The notes under the pieces were generated by a model. It worked only from the letters and a program-made list of their open reading frames with translations. It made no database searches and was not told the origin of the DNA. Shown here piece after piece: positions 24,900 to 35,954 of a stretch of 64,000 nt of DNA. How positions within the stretch are numbered: position 1 is the stretch's first letter; every line of letters begins with the position of its first letter. Position numbers and translations under genes: made by a program. This DNA comes from Gammaproteobacteria bacterium (lineage in GTDB: Bacteria; Pseudomonadota; Gammaproteobacteria; Steroidobacterales; Woeseiaceae). The stretch is from positions 28,575-92,574 of the forward strand of contig JAHEGH010000002.1 of the NCBI GenBank assembly GCA_024639825.1. The letters run 5' to 3'.

Positions 24900-26236
24900 A
24901 CTCGCGACAATTTATTGAAGCGCCACGTCAGCAATATTGCTGCGACGCCCAGACCGGCGATGAACGCCGCCCATATCTGGTTGGCGGGCAGCCGGTAGGT
25001 AATCGCGGCCAGGTAGCCAAGCGGAAACGCCACTACCCAGTAAGAGAAGATGTTGATCGCCATCGGAAACGCCGTGTCCTTATAGGCGCGCAGTGCCGCT
25101 GCGGCCCCGATCTGAATACCGTCCGCGACCTGGAAGATCGCGGCAACCAGCATCAGGCTCAGCGCGATGCCCGTAACGACAGGGTCATCGGTGTACAGCG
25201 TCACGATCACGTCACGGAAGACCAGCAGCACGATCGCCGATACCGCCATGAAAGCGGCACACATGGTGATACCTGTAATTCCGGCAATGCGCGCCTGTAG
25301 CGGATTGCCCGCACCGAGCATGTGGCCAACCTGCACGGTCGTCGCCGAGCTCAGCGCGAGTGGGATCATGAACATCGACGACGCGTAACTGAGTGCGATC
25401 TGGTGTGCCGCCGTGATCTCGGCACCGCGCGTACCGACAAGTATCGAAACGGCGGAGAACAACCCGACTTCTGCCGTGATCGTTATCGATATCGGCACAC
25501 CGAGAACGATGATCTCGCGGAATAGCGACGGTCGAAACTGGCCGATGCGCGTGAAGATTTTCAGTCCGCGCAGACGCGGGCTCAACAACATGTACAGACC
25601 CAGTGTTACGGCGACTATCCACATCGTTATGGCACTCGCATAGCCGCAACCTTCGACGCCCAGCGCCGGCGCGCCGAAATGCCCGAACATGAGCACATAG
25701 TTCAGGAACACGTTACAGATCAGCGAGAACACCGATGTGAACATGATCGGCCGTGTATAGCCCACCCCTTCGGTCGTAAAGCGCAGCGCGAGGAAAACAA
25801 AAATACCCGGGGCGCCGAGCAGCACAGCGCGCGTGTAATCGAGCGTCAGGTCCCGAAAGCCCGTATCGATACTCATGACGTCGAGAATCGCGTGCATCAG
25901 TGTGCGGCCCACGAGCAGCACCACGACACCCAGGACGATGCCGAGATACATCCCGTGTCGCGTGTACCGGCCGATCTTTCGCGACTGCCCTGCACCATAG
26001 AGCCGTGCAATGATCGGAGAGATCGCCATGAGGATACCCAGGCACGCGGTGAAATTGAGCATCCATACGCTGTGACCAACGGCGACAGCGGCGAGTGATG
26101 AAGCCCCGAGCCGGCCAGACATCAATGTGTCAGCCAGCCCCATTCCTGCAACCGCAAGATAGTTGACGATCAGCGGTCCGCCAAGGCGCAAGATCGATCG
26201 AGCCTGGGGCCGCCAGAGCTGCGAGGCGACTGGCAT
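24896..26236 (-). CDS. norM: MATE efflux transporter, NorM type
   Basis: DTLMSGRLG..LAAVAVG, LRFTTEG, AAHQIAL, FQVADGIQ, LRAYKDT. Confidence 0.82.
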   Translation of the reverse strand: MPVASQLWRPQARSILRLGGPLIVNYLAVAGMGLADTLMSGRLGASSLAAVAVGHSVWMLNFTACLGILMAISPIIARLYGAGQSRKIGRYTRHGMYLGIVLGVVVLLVGRTLMHAILDVMSIDTGFRDLTLDYTRAVLLGAPGIFVFLALRFTTEGVGYTRPIMFTSVFSLICNVFLNYVLMFGHFGAPALGVEGCGYASAITMWIVAVTLGLYMLLSPRLRGLKIFTRIGQFRPSLFREIIVLGVPISITITAEVGLFSAVSILVGTRGAEITAAHQIALSYASSMFMIPLALSSATTVQVGHMLGAGNPLQARIAGITGITMCAAFMAVSAIVLLVFRDVIVTLYTDDPVVTGIALSLMLVAAIFQVADGIQIGAAAALRAYKDTAFPMAINIFSYWVVAFPLGYLAAITYRLPANQIWAAFIAGLGVAAILLTWRFNKLSRV

Positions 26237-26244
26237 CAGAGCAT

Positions 26245-26261
26245 CTTAACCTACGGTTAAG
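26245..26261. promoter_or_regulatory. Perfect 7-3-7 inverted repeat in divergent promoter region (candidate operator)
   Basis: CTTAACC-TAC-GGTTAAG between the NorM and thiolase starts. Confidence 0.35.
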
Positions 26262-26322
26262 TCTTTGAATGGTGTAAAGTTGCGTCGCGTATAAAGTAAC
26301 CGGACGGAATGGAGATTTACGT

Positions 26323-27609
26323 ATGTTGCATGACGGACGGGCAATTCGGGTTGCCATTGTTGGTGGATCGCGAATTCCATTTTGTCGGTCGCATTCAGCG
26401 TATCGACACTGCTCAAATCAGGATCTCATGACGGCCGCGTTAAATGGCCTCGTCAATAAGCTGGACCTCAGGGGACAGACCCTGGGTGAAGTCGCACTGG
26501 GTGCCGTTGTTAAACATTCCAGGGACTGGAACCTCGCACGCGAAAGCGTTATCGAGTCCAGTTTGTCGATCCGCACACCAGCGGTGGACCTGCAGCGCGC
26601 CTGTGGCACCAGTCTTGAGGCGGCCATTATGATCGCCAACAAGATCTCGCTCGGCCAGATCGAGTCCGGCATTGCCGGCGGCACCGATACGGTCAGTGAC
26701 GCGCCTATCGTGTACTCGGATCCATACCGCCGCATGCTCCTCGACATGCATGCGGCGCACTCTACCCTCGAGCGCATCAAGCCGTTGTTTCGTTTTCGTC
26801 CGAGTTTCCTGAAACCGGCATTTCCGGGCGTTAAGGAACCGCGCACCGGTTTATCCATGGGAGAGAGCTGCGAGATCACTGCCAAGGAGTGGGACGTGCA
26901 GCGCGAGCACCAGGACCAGCTCGCTTTGGCCAGCCATATGAAAGCGGCCGCCGCCTACGATGAGGGTTTCTACGACGATCTCGTCATTCCGTTCGAAGAT
27001 GTGGAGGAAGACAACAACATTCGTCGCGATACCACGTTCGAAAAGCTGTCGTCACTCAAGCCTTCGTTCGACCGCAGTGAGGAAGGCACGATGACGGCCG
27101 GCAACAGCACGCCGCTAACCGACGGTGCCGCTGCGGTGTTACTCGCATCGGAAGACTGGGCGCGCAAGAAGAACCTGCCCATCCTTGGCTATCTCACGTT
27201 CGTCAAAGCCGCAGCCGTGGACTTCATCAGCGATGAGGGCCTGCTGATGGCACCGGCGTACGCGGTGTCAGACATGCTGAAACAAGCCAATCTGCGCTTA
27301 CAGGACTTCGATTTCTACGAGATCCATGAAGCTTTCGCCGCACAGACCATTGCGACGCTCAAGGCCTGGCAGTCCGAGAAGTTCTGCCGCGACCGGCTCG
27401 GCCGTAATGAAGCGATGGGACCGATCGACCTGTCTCGCCTGAATGTGAAGGGCGGAAGCATCGCGATGGGTCACCCTTTTGCCGCGACGGGTGCGCGCAT
27501 TATTGGCAGCATTGCCAAGATGCTCGGCGAGAAAGGTTCGGGACGTGGCCTGATTTCCATTTGCACAGCCGGCGGGATGGGCGTCTCCGCGATTGTCGAG
27601 GCCGCTTAG
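26323..27609 (+). CDS. Acetyl-CoA C-acyltransferase (thiolase, FadI-like)
   Basis: QRACGTSLEA catalytic Cys, EIHEAFAAQ, GHPFAATG, SICTAGGMG. Confidence 0.92.
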   Translation: MLHDGRAIRVAIVGGSRIPFCRSHSAYRHCSNQDLMTAALNGLVNKLDLRGQTLGEVALGAVVKHSRDWNLARESVIESSLSIRTPAVDLQRACGTSLEAAIMIANKISLGQIESGIAGGTDTVSDAPIVYSDPYRRMLLDMHAAHSTLERIKPLFRFRPSFLKPAFPGVKEPRTGLSMGESCEITAKEWDVQREHQDQLALASHMKAAAAYDEGFYDDLVIPFEDVEEDNNIRRDTTFEKLSSLKPSFDRSEEGTMTAGNSTPLTDGAAAVLLASEDWARKKNLPILGYLTFVKAAAVDFISDEGLLMAPAYAVSDMLKQANLRLQDFDFYEIHEAFAAQTIATLKAWQSEKFCRDRLGRNEAMGPIDLSRLNVKGGSIAMGHPFAATGARIIGSIAKMLGEKGSGRGLISICTAGGMGVSAIVEAA

Positions 27610-27634
27610 CAGGAACGGCCAGGCACGAGCGGCT

Positions 27635-28063
27635 TTAGCCGTGATTCCTTCGCTTCTTCATAGCGGCGAGCGCTTTCTCCAGGCGCTCTCGTGCCTGCGC
27701 CGTAATGCCGCCCCGCTTTTGCTCGTCGACCACAAACGCTTCGATCTTGCCGACAATATCGTCCATATCGGCATCCGGAAACGGCAGCGAGTGCTCGAAG
27801 TCGGCCGTAGCGTTACGCAATGCGCCAAACAGGTTGATCCACCGCTCGCTCTGCTTGCCGACACCAAGCAGCCGATAAAATTGCGTGCCCGGCTTGCCGT
27901 CTGACCCGGAGGCGAGGCTGATGATGCCGGCGATCAGCGATGCGGGGACAAGCAGCAGATCCCGCAGGCCATCGACGATCAGCTTGGCCTGGAATACCGC
28001 GATATCCCGCACCAGGTTCAGGCGCACATTGGTTTCCTGCGACGAGCCGGGTAGTTCATCCAT
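27635..28063 (-). CDS. Hypothetical protein
   Basis: 142-aa ORF with FQAKLIVDGLRDLLLVP and ERWINLFG; fills the gap between convergent and divergent neighbours. Confidence 0.7.
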   Translation of the reverse strand: MDELPGSSQETNVRLNLVRDIAVFQAKLIVDGLRDLLLVPASLIAGIISLASGSDGKPGTQFYRLLGVGKQSERWINLFGALRNATADFEHSLPFPDADMDDIVGKIEAFVVDEQKRGGITAQARERLEKALAAMKKRRNHG

Positions 28064-28172
28064 AGCGATTCACACGATAACTGCAATTAAGACAAGCAAT
28101 TATAGCTGCTTGTCTGGAACGAAGCGGACCTTTGCAGTACTGTTGACCCCGATATAGCAGCCCGCCGGAAAA

Positions 28173-29255
28173 ATGCCGAAATACCAATCCACGCCCGACT
28201 ACGAACACGGATCATCCGACTGCACGGGGATTCTCCTCGTCAACCTGGGAACCCCGGAAGCCCCGACGACAGGCGCTGTCAGGCGATTTCTCAAGCCATT
28301 CCTGTCCGACCCGCGAGTCGTCGAGTATCCGCGCCTCCTGTGGTGGCTAATACTGAATGGCATCATCCTGCGAATACGGCCATCGCGGTCCGCCGAGGCT
28401 TACCGCAAAGTCTGGACCGACGATGGGTCCCCGCTGATGCTCTTTTCAAAAAAACTGACCGAAGGCGTTCGCAGGCGGCTCGAGGCTCACTCACCGGGCC
28501 GGTATCGCGTGGAACTCGCCATGACTTATGGTGACCCTTCGATCGCGTCGGCTATCGACACGCTCCAGGCAGCGGGCGCACGTCGTCTGCTCGTCTTGCC
28601 GCTGTACCCGCAGTACTCGGGTACGACGACCGCGTCAGTGTTTGATGGAGTGACCAGCAAGCTGCGATCGATGCGCTGGATTCCGGAAATGCGTTTCATA
28701 AATCAGTATCACGACGCGCCAGGCTATATCGCTGCACTCGCCGCAAGCATCAAGGAACACTGGCAGCAGAACGGCAAGGGCGACCACCTGTTGTTCTCGT
28801 TTCATGGTGTTCCGAAATACACGCTCATGGGCGGCGATCCCTATCACTGTCAGTGCCAGAAAACCGGGCGCCTCGTTGCAGAGGCTCTGGAGCTCGGCGA
28901 CGACGACTGGACGCTGTCTTTCCAGTCGCGCGTTGGCCGCGAAGAATGGCTGCGCCCGTACACCGATGAAACGGTAAGCGAGTTGGGGGGCAAGGGTGTC
29001 GGGCGGCTCGACGTTGCCTGCCCGGGTTTTTCAACCGACTGCCTTGAGACGCTGGAAGAAATCGCAATGCAGAACGCCGAATTCTTCGAAGAAGCCGGCG
29101 GAAAGTCACTGCAATACATACCAGCACTCAATGCGCGAGATGACCATATTCAGTTCCTGAGCACATTGCTTGAGCAACATGCGTCTGGATGGACCAACGC
29201 CGAGGAGAGCCCCGACAGCCGTCAGCGGGCGATCGCCATGGGCGCGTCAAAATGA
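28173..29255 (+). CDS. hemH: Ferrochelatase
   Basis: LLVNLGTP, LPLYPQYS, FSFHGVP, FQSRVG.EEWL.PYT, DCLETLEEI. Confidence 0.96.
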   Translation: MPKYQSTPDYEHGSSDCTGILLVNLGTPEAPTTGAVRRFLKPFLSDPRVVEYPRLLWWLILNGIILRIRPSRSAEAYRKVWTDDGSPLMLFSKKLTEGVRRRLEAHSPGRYRVELAMTYGDPSIASAIDTLQAAGARRLLVLPLYPQYSGTTTASVFDGVTSKLRSMRWIPEMRFINQYHDAPGYIAALAASIKEHWQQNGKGDHLLFSFHGVPKYTLMGGDPYHCQCQKTGRLVAEALELGDDDWTLSFQSRVGREEWLRPYTDETVSELGGKGVGRLDVACPGFSTDCLETLEEIAMQNAEFFEEAGGKSLQYIPALNARDDHIQFLSTLLEQHASGWTNAEESPDSRQRAIAMGASK

Positions 29256-30019
29256 GCACCATCGGCCGCTTCCTGGAGTTCGCGATCGAAACGCCGAACA
29301 TCCTGGAGTCGCTGTATTTCTACAAGACCCTCGGCTTTACCGAACTCGAGTGCTCCGATGTTTTCACGCATAAGTACGCGGTGGTCAGTGACGGCGAATT
29401 AAACATCGGCCTGCACGACAGGCAGTTCAACTCGCCCGCCGTGACTTTTGTACAGCAGGATCTTGCGACCCACGCGCGTTCAATGACTGACCACGGGTAC
29501 GACTTCGATTTTCTACAGCTCCATGAGGATGCGTTTAACGAGCTCGGCTTCACCGATCGTGACGGTCACGCCATCATGATGGTTGAGGCGCGCACCTTCC
29601 ACATGAGTGAAGACGCCGAACATGACTCCGCCTGCGGGAGCTGGTTTGAGCTGTCCCTGCCCGTACGCGATACCGTTCGCGCGGCAAAGTTCTGGGCTCC
29701 GATGGCGCCGGCGGTGCTGGAGGTGCGGGAAGAGCCAACCATGCACATGCGCTTCGACGCCACAGGCGTGGCCCTTGGCCTGTCCGAAAGCATCGCGCTT
29801 AAGGCGCCGTCGCTGTGTTTCCGCAACCCCGATCGCCACGGCCTGATGCAATTAATCCAGCAACGTGGTCTTGATTACGAGAAATACCCGGGTTACGAAG
29901 GGGCTTTCGTGGCGATCAAGGCGCCCGAAGGCACCACGCTGTTTGTCTTCGAAGAAGACTTCCTTGGCGAATCCTACGAAGTCGACGAGTCTGGCGACGC
30001 GGCCGACTTCCCCGGCTAA
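29252..30019 (+). CDS. VOC/glyoxalase-like two-domain protein
   Basis: FLEFAI....ESLYFYKTLGF, FTDRDGH; second repeat WFELSLPVRD..AAKFW..APEG; ATGA overlap with hemH. Confidence 0.7.
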   Translation: MSTIGRFLEFAIETPNILESLYFYKTLGFTELECSDVFTHKYAVVSDGELNIGLHDRQFNSPAVTFVQQDLATHARSMTDHGYDFDFLQLHEDAFNELGFTDRDGHAIMMVEARTFHMSEDAEHDSACGSWFELSLPVRDTVRAAKFWAPMAPAVLEVREEPTMHMRFDATGVALGLSESIALKAPSLCFRNPDRHGLMQLIQQRGLDYEKYPGYEGAFVAIKAPEGTTLFVFEEDFLGESYEVDESGDAADFPG

Positions 30020-30549
30020 CGCTCCGGGAACTCTACCCAGAATACGCCGCGGAAATCACCGGCCTTGAATCCGGTTGCGCGATCGTCCGGATAGCTCTCA
30101 GCAATTTTTGCTGCAACCTCAGGTTGCAGGGCTTCGCCATGACACACCAGGCACATTGGCTGCACCATAATCGGCTCGACATAGCCCATGCGTCCACCGT
30201 CAATTGACAGGGCGACCGGCGAGAGGTCCGACGATCCACCCGCGAAGCTACGAAGAACCGGTGCGAGCCACTCCGGCGCTGCGTTTTCCAGGTTACGCAG
30301 CCTGTGGCTGCTGCGTCCCATAACGACTCCGTCGACGGACAACGCCGCCGAAATTTGTCGCGCTTCGACGCTGCAGACACTGATCGCCTCGACCGGGCCC
30401 GACTCCATGCCCTTCACGAGGGCCGACTTCAGGTTGGTCTTGAACGGCGCCAGTAGTTCAGCACCCCTCGCTTTATAGTCGACAGGTGGCGGCTGACAGG
30501 CGGCACACATCGCAAGCACGATGACTGCGACGATCACACGGGTATTCAT
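30016..30549 (-). CDS. DUF3365 (Tll0287-like) c-type heme lipoprotein
   Basis: Lipobox-like AAC, GPVEAISVC, RN..NAAPEW, CLVCHG heme motif, YPDDRATGFKAGDFRG. Confidence 0.82.
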   Translation of the reverse strand: MNTRVIVAVIVLAMCAACQPPPVDYKARGAELLAPFKTNLKSALVKGMESGPVEAISVCSVEARQISAALSVDGVVMGRSSHRLRNLENAAPEWLAPVLRSFAGGSSDLSPVALSIDGGRMGYVEPIMVQPMCLVCHGEALQPEVAAKIAESYPDDRATGFKAGDFRGVFWVEFPER

Positions 30550-30558
30550 TACCGGTTC

Positions 30559-31398
30559 CTACAAAAGTTTTTTGATCAACTCCTGCGCCCGGCCCAGGTA
30601 AGCACTCCCGAACAGGTTCAGGTGGTTGAGCACATGATACAGCTGATACAGGTCATTGCGATTGTGGGAACCCGCAGCCGGGGGCGTGTGCGCCGCGTAG
30701 GCGTCATAGAACGCCGGTCCGAAACCGCCGAACAGCCTTGTCATGGCGAGGTCGGATTCCGGGTCGCCGTAGTAAACAGCCGGATCGAAGATCACGGGAG
30801 CCCCTTCGCAACTTCCCCAGTTACCGCCCCACAAATCGCCATGCAGCAACGCGGGGCGTGGTTCATGGTTCTCGAAAAACACCGGCAGGCGTTTCAGCAG
30901 GCGGCCACCCTGTTCCTGCAGCGAACCGGAAAAACCGTTCTTGGCAGCAAGCCGCAGCTGAAACCCAAGACGCCGTTCGCGAAAGAAGTCGACCCAGTCA
31001 TCCGACCAGTCATTGTGCTGTGGCGTCAACCCGATCGTATTGTCGCGGTACCAACCGAAGCGATCCCGGGTTGTTTCGTGCAATAACGCGAGCTGCTCGC
31101 CGAGCTTCACTTCGGTGTCGCGGGTCGGCCGATCCAACTCCAGCCATTCGGTAGCCAGGAACGCCGTGTCGCCATGTACGCCACAGGCAACCACCTTAGG
31201 TAGCCGTATCGCACCCGGTACCGCAAGCTCTTCTAATCCGTCTGCTTCGGCGCTGAACATATCGCTCGACGAAGCCGGGCCGGTCTTCAGAAACAAATCG
31301 CCGACGCGCCATGCGGCACTGATATCGCCGCCACTAACGGGTTGGGGCGTCTCGTTATTGAGGCCGAGTTCGGCAGTGATTGCAGCCCAGTCAGGCAC
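30559..31398 (-). CDS. Fructosamine kinase family protein
   Basis: VSGGDIS, LLHGDLWGGN, FDPAVYYG..ESDLAM, LYHVLNHLNLFG. Confidence 0.92.
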   Translation of the reverse strand: MPDWAAITAELGLNNETPQPVSGGDISAAWRVGDLFLKTGPASSSDMFSAEADGLEELAVPGAIRLPKVVACGVHGDTAFLATEWLELDRPTRDTEVKLGEQLALLHETTRDRFGWYRDNTIGLTPQHNDWSDDWVDFFRERRLGFQLRLAAKNGFSGSLQEQGGRLLKRLPVFFENHEPRPALLHGDLWGGNWGSCEGAPVIFDPAVYYGDPESDLAMTRLFGGFGPAFYDAYAAHTPPAAGSHNRNDLYQLYHVLNHLNLFGSAYLGRAQELIKKLL

Positions 31399-31406
31399 GA
31401 TGTGTC

Positions 31407-32297
31407 TCAGTGGCGATAGATATCCGAAACGCGTTCGGCCTGGCGCCTTAGCGCCATTCCGATGCCAGCTTCATCAAACAGCGCGTTGATTTCACCGAGC
31501 TTCGGCGCGGATGGCCGCATGGCGACTTCCGCATTATCGATGGGGGCATCGCAAGCAATGCCTGTCAGCTTGCGCGCCAGCATGGCGGCGCCGCGATGCG
31601 TTTCCAGCTTCATTGCCAGCGTCTTGGCGCCGCGAACATTCACTTCGTGAACGCGGTCAAGATTCTTATAAATGTCGTCGAGACTACCGAAATGCTTGAG
31701 CAATCCTTCGGCCGTCTTTTTGCCGACGCCCGGGACGCCCTTGATGTTATCAACGGCATCGCCGGCAAGCGCCAGGAAGTCCGCAATCTGTTCGGGCCAG
31801 ACACCGAATGAACCAGGAATTTCTGCGTAGCCTAATTTCCCTTTGCCCGCGAAGTCCCAGAATACGTCGTCCTTGCTCAGGAGTTGTGTGAGGTCTTTGT
31901 CCCGGCTGACTATGGTCGACGCACGTCCCTGGCGCCGGCCGTGCTCGACGAGCGTTCCTATCAGGTCGTCCGCCTCGTAGCGCGGGCTTGCGTGTTCCAG
32001 CAGACCCATCGCACGAACGAAGCGGCGGCACTGTCCAAACTGGCGTTTGAGTTCGGGCGGTGCCGGGTCACGGTTTGCCTTGTACTCGGGGTAGATCTCC
32101 GTGCGAAACGACTTCGACAAGCTCTCGTCGAAAAGGACAGCAACATATTCGGGCGTAACCTGTTCCATGAAGTCGCCGATAAAACGGCAGAACCCGTATA
32201 ACGCGTTAATGGGGTTGCCAGCATCGTCGACCATGTCTTCGGGCATGGAGTAGTAGGCCCGGAAGACATAGACACTCGCGTCGATCAGGTACTGCAC
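31407..32297 (-). CDS. Standalone 5'-3' exonuclease / flap endonuclease (Pol I N-domain-like)
   Basis: LIDASVYVFRAYY, YKANR, EADDLIGT, DKDL.QL, LAGDAVDNIKGVPGVGKKTA. Confidence 0.9.
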   Translation of the reverse strand: MQYLIDASVYVFRAYYSMPEDMVDDAGNPINALYGFCRFIGDFMEQVTPEYVAVLFDESLSKSFRTEIYPEYKANRDPAPPELKRQFGQCRRFVRAMGLLEHASPRYEADDLIGTLVEHGRRQGRASTIVSRDKDLTQLLSKDDVFWDFAGKGKLGYAEIPGSFGVWPEQIADFLALAGDAVDNIKGVPGVGKKTAEGLLKHFGSLDDIYKNLDRVHEVNVRGAKTLAMKLETHRGAAMLARKLTGIACDAPIDNAEVAMRPSAPKLGEINALFDEAGIGMALRRQAERVSDIYRH

Positions 32298-32303
32298 TGG
32301 GCC

Positions 32304-32957
32304 CTAATCATGGAAATGGACTTCCACGATCTCCTCACCATTCGCAAGATGTCCGCTCAGGCGGGCATGCAGCGGACTGGAGCGCGGAATGTGCGCAAGC
32401 AGGTATTGCATCTGATCGGTAAGCACGCGCCGACCCTTGAGATAAATGTACTCAGCGTAGTTCGGCGTGAATGGTACGGCGATCAACTCCATCGCCGCCT
32501 GCTCCGGCGTTCTCCCGCCCTTGTAGTTGTTACAGCGCCGGCAGGCCGTCGCAACATTGGTCCACGTGTCGAGGCCGCCCCGCGAAACCGGTGTGATGTG
32601 ATCCCGCGTCAGGTCTCGCGTCATATAGCGCATGCCACAGTAAAGACAGAGATTGGCGTCGCGCTTGAACAGCGTGCGGTTGTTCAGCGGCGGCGTGTAT
32701 TCATCACGATTGCGAGACAGGCTCTTACTCGTACCGTGCGTGGCAATAATGGAATTAACATCGATGCGGCTGCGGGTGCCGTCGATCGAGCTGTAGCCCC
32801 CAAAGACCGAGTAAAGCCGTGTGCCGCAGTCATACGCAACCTGCTCCGCGTGGTAGAGACGTACCGCTTCACGATAGTCAATCCACTCGAGGGGCATACC
32901 TGCAACGTCTGTTCGAAGAACCTGTTGCGAGATGTCGCGTGCGCGTCCTGCGAGCAT
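32304..32957 (-). CDS. HNH endonuclease
   Basis: LFKRDANLCLYCG, LTRDHITPVSRGG, NVATACRRCNNYKG. Confidence 0.88.
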   Translation of the reverse strand: MLAGRARDISQQVLRTDVAGMPLEWIDYREAVRLYHAEQVAYDCGTRLYSVFGGYSSIDGTRSRIDVNSIIATHGTSKSLSRNRDEYTPPLNNRTLFKRDANLCLYCGMRYMTRDLTRDHITPVSRGGLDTWTNVATACRRCNNYKGGRTPEQAAMELIAVPFTPNYAEYIYLKGRRVLTDQMQYLLAHIPRSSPLHARLSGHLANGEEIVEVHFHD

Positions 32958-32995
32958 AAGCGTCTCCTGAGCTTATGCTCGCATTATTACAGCAT

Positions 32996-34405
32996 TTAGA
33001 GGTTCTTTAAAACCTCGTCGAGCGTCGCCTTCGCATCGCCGAACAACATTCGCGTGTTGTCCTCGAAGAACAGCGGATTTTGCACACCGGCATACCCCGT
33101 CGCCATGCTGCGTTTCAGTACGATCGACACTTTGCCTTTCCAGCACTCAAGAACCGGCATGCCGGCAATCGGGCTGTTCGGATCAGTCAGTGCAGACGGA
33201 TTAACGATGTCGTTCGCGCCGATAACGACCGACACGTCAACTTTCGGGAAATCCTCGTTGATCTCGTCCATCTCGAACACGATGTCGTAAGGCACCTTGG
33301 CCTCCGCCAGCAAGACATTCATGTGGCCAGGCATGCGGCCGGCAACCGGATGAATGCCGAAGCGCACATTGACGCCCTTCTCGCGCAGCGTACGGGTGAT
33401 CTCGAAGACGGTGTGCTGTGCCTGCGCAACGGCCATGCCGTAACCGGGGATAATCATGACCTCCTTCGCGTCCAACAGCAGCTCGGCCGTCTCGAGCGGC
33501 TCGATCGGTACGACTTCGCCCTGGTCTTCGCCGCCTGCGGCTGCCGGCGTACCGCCACCGGTACCAAAGCCACCGGCGATCACGGCCAGGAACTTGCGGT
33601 TCATCGCACGGCACATGATGTAACTCAGGATGGCGCCACTCGAACCAACGAGAGCGCCCGTCACGATGAGCAGGTCGTTGCCAAGCATGAAGCCTGTGGC
33701 CGACGCCGCCCAACCCGAATAACTGTTGAGCATCGAAACAACAACCGGCATATCCGCACCGCCAATCGCCATGACCATATGAATGCCGAACAGAAGCGCG
33801 ATGACGGTCATGATAATAAGCGGTGTCATGCCGGCGCCTGCCGCCGAATCAACCACGAACTGGTAGCCGTACCAGATCGCGCCAAGCAGAAGCAACAGGT
33901 TGAGCCAGTGACGCGCCGGCAAGGCCAGCGGACTGCCGCTGATGCGGCCCGAAAGCTTACCAAAGGCGATGACCGAACCCGAGAAAGTGACCGCACCGAT
34001 GAGGATGCCGAGATAGGTTTCCACATCGTGAATGGTGAGCTCGACCCCAACATAGTGGGCAAGCCTTTCCGGGTCCATGAAGTTGGCGAAGCCAACGGCT
34101 ACCGCGGCCATGCCGACCAGGCTGTGCAGCATCGCAACCAGTTCCGGCATCTGCGTCATCTGGACGCGTCGGGCAGCGACGATACCGACGGTGCCGCCAA
34201 TCAGGAGCGCCACGATCAGGTATCCCATATTCTGCGTGACATCGCCTACCAGCGTCGCAACAAGCGCAATCGCCATGCCGATGATGCCGTACCAGTTGCC
34301 GCGCCTCGCGGTCTCCTGGTTGGACAATCCACCAAGGGCGAGAATGAAAAGAATGGTCGCGATGATGTACGAGACCTGGATAATTCCTTCGTTTACCTCA
34401 AACAT
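32996..34405 (-). CDS. pntB: NAD(P) transhydrogenase beta subunit
   Basis: [50 protein letters not shown] at 34405. Confidence 0.97.
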   Translation of the reverse strand: MFEVNEGIIQVSYIIATILFILALGGLSNQETARRGNWYGIIGMAIALVATLVGDVTQNMGYLIVALLIGGTVGIVAARRVQMTQMPELVAMLHSLVGMAAVAVGFANFMDPERLAHYVGVELTIHDVETYLGILIGAVTFSGSVIAFGKLSGRISGSPLALPARHWLNLLLLLGAIWYGYQFVVDSAAGAGMTPLIIMTVIALLFGIHMVMAIGGADMPVVVSMLNSYSGWAASATGFMLGNDLLIVTGALVGSSGAILSYIMCRAMNRKFLAVIAGGFGTGGGTPAAAGGEDQGEVVPIEPLETAELLLDAKEVMIIPGYGMAVAQAQHTVFEITRTLREKGVNVRFGIHPVAGRMPGHMNVLLAEAKVPYDIVFEMDEINEDFPKVDVSVVIGANDIVNPSALTDPNSPIAGMPVLECWKGKVSIVLKRSMATGYAGVQNPLFFEDNTRMLFGDAKATLDEVLKNL

Positions 34406-34412
34406 CACGACC

Positions 34413-35954
34413 TCACTTCCTGAACATTTCAAGCATGCGGCGAGTGACCGCAAAACCGCCAAATATGTTGACGGAAGTTATTAGCACGGTGCCCACCGCG
34501 ATCCACTTGATGATGGGAACGTCCGAACTGATCTGCATTAGCGCGCCGATCACGATGATGCTCGAAATCGCATTCGTGACACTCATGAGCGGAGTGTGCA
34601 GGGCCGCGGTAACGTTCCAGATAACCATGTAACCGACGAAACAGGCCAGAACAAAGACCGTGAAGTGCGCCATGAACGAAGCGGGCGCAACGGCGCCGAG
34701 CCCGAGCAGCGCGAGACCGGCGGCAGCCATGCCGATGGCCGGACCGACAAAGGATCTGGGTTTTTCTTCCTTCGCCTTGACGGGTTCAGGCGCAGGTGCC
34801 GCTTTTGGCGGTGCCGCCGACAACTTCGGTGCCGGTGGTGGCCACGTTGTCTCGCCATCTTTGCAGACGGTCGTACCACGAATGACCTCATCTTCCATGT
34901 CGACGACGATGTTGCCGTCTTTTTCAGGAGTGAGATCGGTCAACAGGTGGCGCAGGTTAGTCCCGTAAAGCTGGCTCGACTGGGCGGCGAGACGGCTCGG
35001 CAGGTCGGTGTAGCCGATGATCGTCACGCCATCGACCTGTGCAACTTCGCCAGGCACCGTCAACTCGCAATTGCCACCCTGTTCGGCGGCAAGATCGACG
35101 ATAACGCTGCCGTCCTTCATCGAGCGAGCTGTCTCGGCCGTGATCAGTTTAGGAGCCGGCCGGCCTGGAATCAGCGCTGTCGTGATGATGATGTCGACAT
35201 CTTTAGCCTGCTCGGCGAACAGCTCCATTTCGGCCTTGATGAACGCTTCGCTCATCACTTTGGCGTAGCCCCCTTCACCGGCGCCGTCCTCGTCGTCCTC
35301 GAAATCGAGCATCAGGAACTCGGCGTCCATGCTCTCGACCTGCTCTTTGACTTCCGGGCGAGTGTCGAAAGATCGGACAATAGCACCCATGCTCTTGGCT
35401 GCGCCGATGGCGGCAAGGCCGGCAACGCCAGCACCGATGACGAGCACTTTGGCTGGCGGAACCTTGCCCGCAGCCGTTATCTGGCCCGTGAAGAAACGTC
35501 CGAAATGCTGGGCTGCCTCAACAACCGCACGATAACCGGCGATGTTTCCCATCGAACTGAGCGCATCGACCTTCTGTGCACGCGAAATACGGGGCACACT
35601 GTCCATGGCCATGACCGTGGCGCCGGTATCCGTCAGCTGCTTCAGCAGCTCGGGGTTCTGGGCGGGCCAGAGGAAGCTGATCAGGGTCTGGTTGGAACGC
35701 AGCCGCGCGGCTTCGTCACTCTCAGGGGCCCGGACTTTCAGGATGAGATCCGACTTCGACCAGAGATCGCTGGCCGAGTCGATGACTTCACACCCGGCTT
35801 CCCGGTATGCGTCGTCGGAAAAACTGGCTTTCTCACCAGCCCCGGACTCGACAGCTACGTCAAAGCCAAGCTTTTTCAATTGGGTAACTACGTCCGGTGT
35901 TGTCGCAACGCGGCACTCACCGTCGTAGATCTCTTTTGGTACTCCGATTCTCAT
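34413..35954 (-). CDS. pntA: NAD(P) transhydrogenase alpha subunit (single-chain)
   Basis: [44 protein letters not shown] at 35954. Confidence 0.97.
   Translation of the reverse strand: MRIGVPKEIYDGECRVATTPDVVTQLKKLGFDVAVESGAGEKASFSDDAYREAGCEVIDSASDLWSKSDLILKVRAPESDEAARLRSNQTLISFLWPAQNPELLKQLTDTGATVMAMDSVPRISRAQKVDALSSMGNIAGYRAVVEAAQHFGRFFTGQITAAGKVPPAKVLVIGAGVAGLAAIGAAKSMGAIVRSFDTRPEVKEQVESMDAEFLMLDFEDDEDGAGEGGYAKVMSEAFIKAEMELFAEQAKDVDIIITTALIPGRPAPKLITAETARSMKDGSVIVDLAAEQGGNCELTVPGEVAQVDGVTIIGYTDLPSRLAAQSSQLYGTNLRHLLTDLTPEKDGNIVVDMEDEVIRGTTVCKDGETTWPPPAPKLSAAPPKAAPAPEPVKAKEEKPRSFVGPAIGMAAAGLALLGLGAVAPASFMAHFTVFVLACFVGYMVIWNVTAALHTPLMSVTNAISSIIVIGALMQISSDVPIIKWIAVGTVLITSVNIFGGFAVTRRMLEMFRK

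Noticed and set aside
32304..32957. HNH gene as a homing endonuclease or defence nuclease
   Set aside because: There is no intron, methyltransferase or mobile context; it sits in a housekeeping-like operon.
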